Shown here: positions 9,619 to 20,633 of the stretch, piece after piece
Position numbering within the stretch: the first letter of the stretch is position 1
Layout: each line of letters opens with the position of its first letter
From: Wallemia ichthyophaga EXF-994
Lineage: Eukaryota; Fungi; Basidiomycota
Assembly (NCBI RefSeq): GCF_000400465.1
Contig: NW_008806274.1
Location: forward strand, 510,244 to 542,243
DNA length: 32,000 nucleotides
Direction: 5' to 3'
The notes under the pieces: generated by a model
The model's input: only the letters and a program-made list of their open reading frames with translations
The model's database searches: none
What the model was told of the DNA's origin: nothing
Made by a program: the position numbers and the translations under genes

Positions 9619-11244
9619 ATAGCAGCGACTGCTTGGGCGACTTGATTGGGATTCGGTGTGTTGTTGGTGCTTCTGTTGGTGCTCCTCTCAACACTCTCAT
9701 TTGCACGCGCTGCCGGTGTTCTGCGAGGCCGTCTAGGAGGCATCAATCCATAGCGCGGTGTCCAAGGACCTCTGCTATCATTTGCGTAGAAATCCATCGG
9801 ATAGTCTCTCTCACCGTCGACATCTCTATCCCAACCCTGCGTCCGCTCCAGCGTCACAGCTGCTTCATAAGGCGAAAGAAGTGGTTTCGGGAAAGCGTAT
9901 CCCCAGTCTATAGATAAACGCGGACACGACGTCTGCACAAATGTCGAAAGCTCATCACCGAACAGAGATACCTTCTGCGGCGACAGCTCTGATATCAGTA
10001 TCGGCACGTACTCTATCCCACCGCGCGTTTCAATCAGATTCGCTATCGTCTCCAATACCTTCAGACTCCCCTGTCTACCTAACGTGCCGAGCACTACACC
10101 CCACGTGGCTGTGGATGCATTGTCGGCATGCTGTGCATCGCTGCCACCTTTCGCTAGTGCTACCGCATCTGATCGTATCATGCGCATCTCTGCATGGTCG
10201 TAGTGCTCCCGCGTGATCTTTTTGCTGTAGGGGTCGTACCGGAATGCAGGTACGGCCGGGTTTGCTATCATTATACTCTCGAGGTGGAAACGGCCATCGC
10301 CGATATAGAGCAGGGCGTCAACGGCGTCCAATTTAGGTGCCGTGCATCCGAGTACTTCTCCAGGAGATAGCGGACGGATTTGTGGAATGATGACTTCGTA
10401 GCTGTCCATGTGTATGTCGCTTTGTTGGGAGTCGAAGGGTGTTTGAGCACTACCGGTAGCAGTAGCAGCCTCAGTTTTACCATCTTCATAGCCCCCCTCG
10501 ATCAGTCCTGCTGGCTTGGATTGGGGTGTCTCCTGACGCAGGTCCTTGCGCAGATCGAGTGCTAATCCTTGCAACGCACCGACGAACTGTACTGTGCCCA
10601 CGAGCGCCAATTTCGTCTTTTTGGGTGGAGCATTCTCCAATTCAACACTTTGATATCTCTCTGTATCAGAATGGAGGAGAGTGTTTTCAAATTGCTGGGC
10701 GTTGGTAGGGAAGTTCTTCCTTATCGTCTTTGCCAGGTGGGTAGAATCGACACTGATTTCGACAAAGACGTAGAGCGTTTTGATGGAAGTTTGGTTAATG
10801 GGTACGAGGCAGCTGTGTCCGTAGTGTACGAGCATATCGCAGCCGAGAGCTCTGGCAGTGAAATCGTCGACGCAGCAAGCGCCGTAAGTGACATCACCGA
10901 GGATTATAACTTGAGCGCTAGTGAATCTGTGGGAAGTGTCAGTGTTGCTTTCGACGCCACCAACAAGCCACAAACTTCTCGAGGAGATCAGAGATGGTAC
11001 AAGCGAACATCTGTAAACCTTCTGGAAATTGTAGGCCAACAACAGTTGCGTTCTCTTTGCGTATCCAGTGAATAGTTTTGTGGATTTCAAATGAGTAATT
11101 ATCTGGGAGCAGTGCCATGGCAATATTCAACTGCGTATCATTTAGTATTTCATCTGGTATTCCATTCTGTGCGGCTGCTGGTTGGCTTGATGGCGCTTTC
11201 GTGCTGCCTACGAACTTCCTCCGCGGTTTCTTATCTTCGGTCAT
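9615..11244 (-). CDS. DPH1: Diphthamide synthesis Fe-S subunit 1
   Basis: ATG 11244 (MTEDKKPRRKFVG); intron 10975-10927 (GTTTGT..CTGAC..CAG). LPDNYSFEIHKT, LQFPEGLQMFA, LGDVTYGACCVDD, HYGHSCL, GEVLGCTAP, GDGRFHLES, ACPRLSIDWG-like TSCPRLSIDWG, YPMDFYA. Confidence 0.96.
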
Positions 11245-11359
11245 CGACGTACGGGAGAGAGAGGGAAATAAGCAATCCATACTTAATAATTACAACGCTT
11301 TTTTGTATATTGGGCTACCGTACAGATTGCAGGCTGTTAAATCGAATCCTCATTCTCAG

Positions 11360-12601
11360 ATTCGTGAGGGTACCTGTGACCGGTGTGCAAGAGGACGATC
11401 TAGGTTCTTGATTGCCATATTGCCAGTCGCCGTTGAAGCATGCTATGTCAAAATGGATGTTGCTAAGGCTTTACAAAGAGATGTGCTTCATTCCCAGTGG
11501 ATGCTCACAGGATAATCTTATGTCAGTGAGCTTCACGTCCGCCCGAGAACTACCAGCTAGCCCGATATGTGCGTGGCGCAAAATCTGGATGCTTCGGATG
11601 TGTCGCGTAAGTCTATTTGTGAACAAATGAAACTTTTGTCAGTCAGCCCGCAAGTTGAGATGTTCTTGGTTGCTGAATTTGATCAAGATTAATGAAATGC
11701 TAAGATTACATTCAAAAGCCACGAAGATATTCACTTATCCTTGAGCCCGAGTTCAATGGCTGAAGTTAATAATATGGTTTTTTCACCAAACAATGGCTTA
11801 AGCCTTCAATTTTACCCGGCTTGCCAAGGAGACCACAACGTCTTCCGAAGCCGAAGCCACTTAAGCCGGAAAATCTTCATCCAACCAAAAGTACCCAAAG
11901 GAATCACCTCACATTCAGGAAAAAGGTTAGTTCTAGAATACAGATACCAGTGAGCAGCTGGAAGAGCTATACTCAACCCTAGACTCTTGAACCTTACTGC
12001 CAGAAAGAAGATTGCTACGCGATCACAAAAAGCAAAGTCAAGAAAAGCTCATATCTGTATCATCAATACAGCTGATTTCGAAAAGAAAAAGTTCAGTTTG
12101 GGTAAATTCATCAGAATGGCATGGTCAGGCCGTAAGGTGAGATGTCGCAATTCCCATATCTCACAGGGTTGAGAGAAATTTTAATCAGGAAAGCTGTCTA
12201 CGGAAAGGGTTTAATTCCAGCAACAAATACAAATCAGCCACCCGTACATTCATCACTTGGCTCCCCACCTGGTTCACCCCACATAAACAACGCCGAGTTG
12301 CCGACAAAGGCGCGGGATGCAGTGAGCAAACTGCAATTCCAATACTATAAATAATTCTAATAAATATCATTGTAACAGAAATGTTGGTGGTAATCGTCAA
12401 TGCCACGCTTGCTATAATTATCAGAGGACGCATAACACTCAAATATCGGTACATCTGCAACAGGCTTTAGCAGAAACGATCGAAGGCCTGGGTATACAGT
12501 GTGCAAACTGCACTAACACTACTACAAATCATTGGTACAGAACTATTAGTGGTCATATTAGCTTAAAAAACATATTTAATTGCATTAACCAACTAATGTA
12601 A
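11360..12601 (+). pseudogene. Decayed multi-GATA-type zinc-finger gene (relic); 5' boundary uncertain
   Basis: A frame with no start codon is open 12326-12601 and reads (GMQ*)ANCNSNTINNSNKYHCNRNVGGNRQCHACYNYQRTHN...GLGIQCANCTNTTTNHWYRTISGH. The first Cys is TGA (12323-25), there is a 1-nt deletion near 12316, and the last finger lacks its distal CxxC. Weaker Cys fragments lie upstream in different frames (CDRC..EACY about 11375-11445, GCFGC about 11590, CQKEDC 11998-12015). Confidence 0.55.
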
Positions 12602-12876
12602 CCTATATCAGCAGTGAAATAGTGAGTTGATATCTATATCTAAATCTACATCTACGTCATCATATTTACAAGATACTGTTGGCAGCTCTTTGCCATACAC
12701 TCCTTCGATTCTGCTAAACCAGCAATAAACACCTTTTGCATTTTAAATCATCAAAAGTTTCTACTTATTCCTTGCACTTTCTCCTTCATCATAGAAATCG
12801 AGTTAGTTTGAGAATTTAGCTGTCACATCAAACTTCGTTTATTTGACATACCCTTCTACATCATTGGGACCCAATA

Positions 12877-13369
12877 ATGAAAGATGTCGTCGATTACGAT
12901 AGAGGCAGACGCTCTGATGCCGTCAAATACGCTCAAAGCCTTCAAATTTGGCACGGTACTATTGGAATGATTAAGTACACTTGTTACGGTAGCATTCTCG
13001 TTTATCTCGCAAATATGCGCTTCCCATGGGTGCAAAAACAAACGCTCGCTGGCAAGGCTTTCGTTGTTAGCTCTTTCTCTATCTTTGGGTGCGTTTTGCG
13101 TTTTTCACATGACACAATCGATAACACGACTCGATTCCTCACTCAGTCTTGTCGTATCCGCTGATAGCCACCTATTGTCCCATGAGAGGCAGCAGGGCTC
13201 CGTTGAGAATGAAGTCAGGCGGCGCGCTCTAGAAGATCTTAGCGCTAATCACGGCATCGTTGCCAGTGAGGGTCAGATTAGGCGCTGGGTGATGAAAAAG
13301 AAAGCAGAGGCCGAGGCCGAATCGAAAGAGGAATCTAATGTACTGTATAATGTACCTTCTACACAATAA
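12877..13369 (+). CDS. Small two-TM membrane protein, possibly HIG1/Rcf3-like mitochondrial (family uncertain)
   Basis: Intron 13089-13146 (GTGCGT..CTCAC..CAG) joins two ORF-track pieces in frame: WHGTIGMIKYTCYGSILVYLANMRFPWVQKQTLAGKAFVVSSFSIFG|LVVSADSHLLSHERQQ... Confidence 0.75.
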
Positions 13370-13374
13370 TTTGT

Positions 13375-14294
13375 CTAAACGTGCACTCTTTTTGCAATCA
13401 ATTTGCTGTATGCTTCCTCTACTTTGGCCCAGTCGACAACCTTCCAGAACTCCTTTATGTATTCTTCTCTTCCCCATACGCCAAAGTCATTCATGTAGCA
13501 CCTCTCTGAAACGCTCAAGCAGAGCAGGGGAGTGAGCACATCACCCGTTTCCGCTAATGCTCTCGTCTCCTGGTTCAAAGTGCTGTATTCTCTTGATTGA
13601 GATGGCGCGTGTGCTGCTGGGCTTGCATGGGTTGTGTGACTTGGTGAACTAAGTGGTTTTCCACTCTTCTCCAAAGTGCTATTGCTGCTCATTCCAGCCT
13701 TATCGAGACTAAAATTGCTCCACAAGCCACGTTGTTGCCTGCTACGCACCAAAACTGTTCCAGCACCGTAAGTAGTAACTATGCCAAGTGTTCTCGAGCT
13801 ATCGCTAACGAGCCAGACGTATCCCGAACCAGTGAGCGCACTAGCAGCAGCACCAAACTGTGACTTAAACCCTTCTAAACTTCCAAAGCTTTTCTCAAGC
13901 TGGCTGACAAGGTAACCTCTTGGATCCTGTGGTTCAGACGTTTGAGTCAAATTTGATAAGAAGAAGCTGTTGTTGAGTGCCTCGGATGCATAATTGAATG
14001 CCAGTACATTCTGCCTGTTTGTTGCCGAATTGATCACCGTCTGAACCACTGAGAGATTCTCGAGTTCTGTGTCTGTGTCGGCGTATAAGCGATGCAATAT
14101 TCTCGAAAAATGCACAAACCTCTAACTAAATCGTTAAGCCTATTCAACAATCCTTCTTGCCACTGCTGAGATACAATTTGCAGCGTCTTTGGGCTCATGA
14201 ATCCAGCCAATCCTTTATCGACATTGAATTTCGAAGCTGGGACGCTATGATATTGGCGTACACCACTTAGCCTGCTTAATCCAGCTCTCAGCAT
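13375..14294 (-). CDS. Fe/Mn-SOD-fold mitochondrial small-subunit ribosomal protein (Mrp1/Rsm26, mS43/mS42-like)
   Basis: Presequence MLRAGLSRLSGVRQYHS; intron 14119-14073. SOD-fold landmarks AFNYASEALNNSFFLSNL, FGSLEGFKSQF, GSGYVWLV, WKVVDW, but the SOD metal motif DxWEHAY is replaced by SVSERCY. Confidence 0.8.
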
Positions 14295-14361
14295 TTTTCT
14301 TTACGCTTTTCGCTTTGGAAGATGAACGATGAGCTTCAAGAAGTACGCCCAACAGACATCC

Positions 14362-17300
14362 ATGGGAATATCTCACTCGCGCTCATTCAGCTTAGACTCG
14401 TTTGTCGCAGAGATCGGCAACGACGTCAGCTACGATAGGAGGTGTGCTGCTTATCTCTCTCCACCGCCGCTGGTCGCTCATCCACCGCTAGTCTCGGCAA
14501 CTCCCGCTTCCTCAAGGCGATACGCGGCAAGAGCAGAAGCGGGCGGATCATAGTAAAGGTCTTTACCAAGGCTGATCCATCCGTTAACCTCTCGTCTTTC
14601 ATCCAGCGCTTGAAGAGTGGGTATCGATGACGTTGATGGCCGATATCTTACGCTTTACATCTTACAACAGAGGAAAAATCGCAGCTCGTCGGTATCAGCA
14701 ATGTTTATGCCTTTCAAACCTTCCTCGAAACTGACAAGGCTGGCTACATGATCCGCCAGTACATCGGCACAAATCTCTACGACAGAGTTAGTACACGTCC
14801 ATTTCTATCCACAGTAGAGAAGAAATGGATAGCATTTCAGTTGCTATGCGCCCTACAAGACTCGCATACTTGTCAAGTACCTCACGGTGATGTGAAATCC
14901 GAGAATGTTTTGGTGACATCATCAAATTGGGTTTATTTGACAGACTTTGCAAGCGTGAAGCCTTCACATTTACCTCTAGATGATCCATCAGACTTCAGTT
15001 TGTACTTTGATACTTCTGCGCGGCGCACTTGCTACCTTGCACCAGAGAGATTCTTCGATAACGATAGTGATATAGCTCACTTTCGTCAATTGATACTGGA
15101 AAAGGGTACAGCTAATGTCGATACCCAAGACAAACTTGTTGTCACCGAAGCAATGGATGTCTTCTCGGCTGGTTGTGTCATCGCTGAATTGTTCTTAGAA
15201 GGCACACCACTATTCACTCTATCACAGCTGCTGAGATACAAAGAAGGCAACTACAACCCCTCATCTGTTATCTCCCAGATTGATGACCAGGAGGTTAGGG
15301 TGGGTGTTGTCTCATACACAGAAATATTCTTCTCTGACTATTAATACAGCATCTCATCACGTCAATGACTCAAATGGATCCATCCGAAAGATTGTCATTT
15401 TCTGGGTACCTAGCTGAATATAGACAGAAGCTGTTCCCTAATGTCTTTTACACTTTCTTGCATGACTACTCCGCTCAAATCCTCGAACCAATCCAACAGC
15501 CACCCAATTCGACCTTTGTTGCTCCATCCAATACCTCAGCGACCCCCTTTGATACCTTCCAAGCTAACAACCAGATTCAAACACCCAATCATGTGAAATA
15601 TGTACCTGAGGAGAGAGTAGAGAAGTTGTGGAATGATTGGCTGGAGATATCCAGCAACTTCGATGAAAAGTATTGCCAAATCAAGGAAGAATTAGATGAG
15701 GATGACTTCGTTGATGGTGTATGTGCTCAAGTTTTCTTGAGCTTTTTACTGACCTGTATAAGGCTGTCTTCCCTGTTCAGCTAAGTATACCAAATGTCAA
15801 GCCTCTTCTCATGGTGAGAAAAGATAACATAGACTCTAGTGACGGTGAAGGTAATTATTTTATTCATTGGCTATACGACTTGGCTAACAACCGAAAGATG
15901 GTGCTGCTCTAATTGTATCAACATTGCTGTGTTCGAACATTCGCAATTGCATCAAGCCTAGCTCAAAGATGAAAGCTTTGGAACTGCTGCTCGCAGTAAG
16001 CAGCTATTTGAAAGATGACACAAAGCTCGATAGGATCATACCCTATATGGTTGATCTACTAAGCGATGCAAGTGCAAATGTGCGAGCATCAACCCTTCGT
16101 AATATAACGCAAATGGTGAGCAGAGATTGCTATTTAACAACCGCCACTTATGCATCTCTAGCTACTCATTGTCGGAAGCATCACACCTGCCAACTCAACC
16201 ATTTTCATCGAATACCTCCTTCCACTTATCCTGACACTAGCCAGCGACAGCTCCGAGCTAGTGAGGTCTACTTTAGCTCAGTGCATCGCGCCTATTGCAG
16301 AGACAGGACAAAAGTTCCTCAACTTGGCTGAATCGATGAAGTCAAACAATACATACACGGCGAATGAAGGTGTTGAGAAAATGTTGCTAGATGGGAACGA
16401 ATCTTTTGAGGTAGGAGTTCTGCACTGACGAAAAATTTACTGACAACATACCCAAGAACTCGTATGAAACATCGAGGCAAGACTTGCAGGTTTTCATACA
16501 GGATATCGTAGCCACTCTGCTTACAGATTCGTCATCGATGGTCAAAAGATCGTTACTACAGGATATCATCCCCCTTTGTCTCTTTTTCGGCGCTGCTAAG
16601 TCCAACGACTTACTCCTTACTCATATCAACACATACTTGAATGATAGAGATTGGGAACTGCGCTCGGCTTTCTTTGATAGTGTTGTCGGCATAGCTACTT
16701 GCATTGGAGGAAAGTCCGTCGAAGAGTACATTCTCCCATTGGTCATACAAGCGCTGTCAGATGCTGAAGAAAATGTCATTGTTAACGTCCTTAATTCCAT
16801 ACGCAAGCTTGCTGAGCTGGGTTTGATTAAGAAGGTGCATGTCTGGGAATTAATTGGTATTACATATCCTCTCATTGTTCATCCGAATAAGCGAATTCGA
16901 CAGAGTGAGTAGGACTTCGTGTCAATAGCTAGGCTAACTGGGTCAGATATTATTACGTTCATAAGCGTGGCTGTATCTAGGCTACCAGAGACTGATACTT
17001 GGTGCATAATCTACCCACAGTTAACATCCTTACTGAGTGGGCAGATTAGCAGCATAGATAGCGACTCATTGAACGAAGCCGCTTTACCACCGGTGCGTAT
17101 TAATAACTAGCCAAACTGTCCTGACAAATTGTAAGCTCTCGAGGACGCTTTTTGAGATTGCCCAGGAATGGTCCCTCGAAGTACCCAAGTCCCCATTCTG
17201 GAGGAATGGCGTCATGTATCAAACAATTGGCCTCAAGGAAGGGCTACGAAGTTTGCACAACGGCATATACAAGCAAGTTCCCAAAGTTGATACTCAGATA

Positions 17301-19694
17301 TGTGATGACGACAAGCCTTACATTGATAGAATGGCAGAGGTGGGCTTCACAAAAGATGATGAAATCAAACTCGCCTACCTTCGTTCGCACATCTCCATGT
17401 TCGCTCGGGCTCAGGAGAGTAGGTCAAGTGTCAATGGTGGTGACCAGCCGAAAAAGGAGGACATCGATAAAGTAATTGCTCTCTCTGATCTCAAGGTAGC
17501 TCCACAGACGGTGTTTATTGGTCTTAAAAGCTCCAATCTGATTTCAGGGACACTTGAAGCCAACGTCAAGAGCAGAAGCAATTTATCGAAGCAGCGGAGT
17601 ATTGAGAGCTGGTCTAAGCAGATTTCGTCTATTTCTCAGCGTAATACGCCTAGCAATGAACACGCTAGACCACAAGTTTCTAATCGGGTCGATGTGATGG
17701 ACTTGCGTAAAAGATTGGCACAACCACAAACCTCTTCTGTTGAGCCAGTCGCTACGAGAGAAGCGGATAATGGTAGTAGACGGGAATCCAGCACGACACT
17801 CGATACAATGCATTCCACATCTCCTCGTATGAATGATCTAGCTGGATTCGGAAACAATGATACAAGTCCACCAGAACCTGGCTCGTACGCAGGCTCGCCT
17901 ACACTCAGCGTTGTGCGACCACAAGCAATTGGTAAACGCAGCGGGCCTTTGCCTGGCGACGGCCAAAAAGCTGCTGCTGCAGTCGGGTCTGTAAATACCA
18001 ATGCTATAGGCATGCTCGAGGTACCTGGTCGGGAAGCGCCTGGTGAGGAGCAAGGCCAGAACAGCAGTCAGACACCCAACACCGGCGGTGGAAACACCAA
18101 TCCTAGAATCAATTTGAAAAGTGCAACATACCAGCACACATACGAGGGTGGTGACACTGCGATATTGAAGATGCTCGATAGTGTATGCAGGGAAACGTTA
18201 CGCGAGCCTCTTGTCGAGTTTGGTAACACTTTACCACCACCGCTCATCAAAAGGCGTAGAAGCCCTTATAGTCAGAACGACGAACCGCCCTCGTTACGGC
18301 TAGTTGGACAATTCAATGAGCATGAAGGGGGTTTGACGTGTGTTGCAGTCTCCTCAGATCATGTCTTTTTCGCTACAGGTTCTCATGACCACACTGTCAA
18401 AATATGGGATACCGCGAGATTGGAGAAGAATGTTACGGCCAAGTCGCGCCACACTCTACGGAGATCAGCTGGGATTAGTGCAATAAGCATGATCGAGAAC
18501 ACTCACTCACTAGCTGTCGCATGTCGTGATGGTACTGTTGTGATATACAGAGTTGATGTGTCTCAGGGCACAACGCTTCCACGGTATGCTGCTGATGTTA
18601 ATGATGTTCCTGTCGTTCGTGAATTCAGTCTCAATGGCGCAAGCGAAGGTGAATATGTGACATGGATGTATCATTACAGCAGCGACACAAGCAGCAACTT
18701 GGTGTACACGACCTCGTTTTCTAGACTGTGTATTATCGACTTGAGAACGACGCTACCTACGATGGACATTGACGGCCCTGCGTGGCATGGTCCTATAGTT
18801 AATGCGTGTATAGATCGCGACAGGACGTGGGTAGTTACTGGTACAATTTTCGGCTGGCTCGCTTTATGGGATATTAGATTCGGGATAATGGTGCACGCGT
18901 GGCGATGTAGGAATGGTGGTGGAATCACCCAAGTCAATATGGATCCTTCGAGTGACCAGCTCGTTGTGGTCTGTGTAGACGACGTTAATGGTTCTCGGAC
19001 GGTTGTAGAGGTGCACAACGTGGCCACTAGGCAGATTGTCGATGTATACGAGTCGCAAGGATCCGCATACAAGAGTAACAGTGATGGACTTATGGATGTG
19101 TATGGTAGTGGTAGTTCTGCTGAGGCTATTGAGAAGCTGGCAAACACAGATACCACCAATTATGCTCAGAGCGTTCCACCTTCTAGTGAGGCGGGTCGCT
19201 CGCTTCTGATAGGACCGGCTACTAAGCGATCTGGAGGAATTTGGTATGATTTTGGTAATGCGACTGGTCACGCAAATGCTCAACTCAACGCTAGCGGATG
19301 GGTATTCGAAGATATCAAGTCGAAGAAAGAGACAGCAATGCCTAAGAAGCGATTTGTGTTGATCGGTACGAATGCACATGAAATTAAGTGGTGGAATCTT
19401 GGTGATAAATCGTGGTATAAGTCTGCTGTTTTAAGCGGTAAAGCGGCTGATACTAGGGAGTATATCGTGCGGCAGGACGAATCCGATGCGAGAGACGTAC
19501 ACTACGAAGAGAAGGTAGGAGTGCAAGCGCAAACGAGAAGAAGCAGCAAGGAGACACAGGTGAATGAACAGAATGATAGGCTGATGCAGTGTCACAGTCA
19601 TTCTGTAGAAGTCTTGGCCGCGATCGAGCTGCCGTTCCGCGCATTAGTAAGTGGTGACAGGAGTGGGGTAATGAAAGTATGGCGGGTGGATTGA
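14362..19694 (+). CDS. VPS15: PI3K regulatory pseudokinase/kinase Vps15 (kinase-HEAT-WD40)
   Basis: MGISHS myristoylation motif; nine introns (14442-14491, 14617-14670, 15300-15349, 15719-15762, 15851-15897, 16116-16161, 16411-16456, 16905-16946, 17093-17135) join the ORF pieces. LYDRVSTRPFL, EKKWIAFQLL, HGDVKSENVLVTS, DFASVKP, YLNDRDWELRSAFFD, FATGSHDHTVKIWD. Confidence 0.95.
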
Positions 19695-19777
19695 GTTGTG
19701 TGTGACTCTCTCCTGTAAATTTATGTAAAATTCATGTACCATAAGCACTTGACAGACTACCGTCATCGTCAGCGATA

Positions 19778-20428
19778 ATGGAAGATTTATTTAGCATACT
19801 GATAGCTGTTGGAGCTATATACGGATTCTATAGATGGTTCAACTCGAGCACAGCCCCAGCTAGCAGCAGCAGCAGCAGTAGCAATGGCGGTGGCTTATCC
19901 AATAGTGAGCTGGAAGTAATGACACAATAAAGAGACTAATTGTAGGACATGCAGTCAGGCAAGCTGATGTACAGGCGCTGCGTACACTTTTCCCCCAGAT
20001 AGACAATTCAGCGCTTGTTTACGATTTGATGGAGACTCGGTCGATTGAACGGACTGCAGAGAACGTGTTGCGTCGCGGGAGGCTGACTACGGTGAGTGAC
20101 TGGGTGGCTGGCTGGTTTTATAGTGCACTGCTCACTCGGCTTGCAGCCTCCATACGGTTTTCAGCTGCCGTCGCATCTCGTCGTCGAACCGCTTAGCGAA
20201 TCATTGCCGAACAACACTGGTAACAGCACCAGTAGCACAAAGGACACACATAAGAACCTCATAAAGAAGTACAATCTCGAGGACAAGGACGTGGATTCTA
20301 TCAACGTCAATAACGGCTGGGGGACAACAACCGGCGAGCGCGATAGACAGTTTAAAGAGCGCAAGGCTAAGATGATCCTTGAGGCGCGTAGGAAGCTGAT
20401 TGATAAGAAGAAGAGAGAGGTGGCTTAG
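19778..20428 (+). CDS. Cue1/Cue4-like ERAD factor (N-terminal TM, CUE domain, C-terminal Ubc7-binding-like region)
   Basis: Introns 19905-19945 and 20092-20146. MEDLFSILIAVGAIYGFYRWF; DVQALRTLFPQIDNSALVYDLMETRSIERTAENVL (CUE-like FP motif); NLIKKYNL; WGTTTGERDRQFKERKAKMILEARRKL. Confidence 0.8.
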
Positions 20429-20633
20429 ATGACGTGTATATCTGATAAAGGGATACCTACAAAGTGATATAAGTGAGAAATGATTGAGATACAAGAATCT
20501 TAGACAAGAGAAGAATGAGAGGAGTAATGAGACAGATGAAAAAGATAATAATATAAAAAGATAGAAAACTTAAAAGAGATAAAGGTAGCCTAGGTGGGGT
20601 ATCTAGAGAGTAGATATAAGACGATTAGATACT

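Noticed and set aside
12323-12325. TGA at a conserved Cys position as selenocysteine, programmed readthrough or RNA editing
   Set aside because: Sec machinery is not known in Dikarya, I saw no SECIS, and A-to-I editing of UGA gives Trp rather than Cys. The neighbouring frameshift and the missing distal CxxC point to ordinary decay.
11250-12850. Transposon or telomerase/snoRNA locus in the large gap
   Set aside because: I found no terminal repeats, transposase or RT motifs, clear C/D or H/ACA boxes, or telomere template by eye; the zinc-finger relic explains it better. An Rfam or RepeatMasker run would be needed to exclude these fully.
19858-19882. (GCA)n microsatellite
   Set aside because: It is a short coding Ser run in the CUE protein linker and is ordinary.
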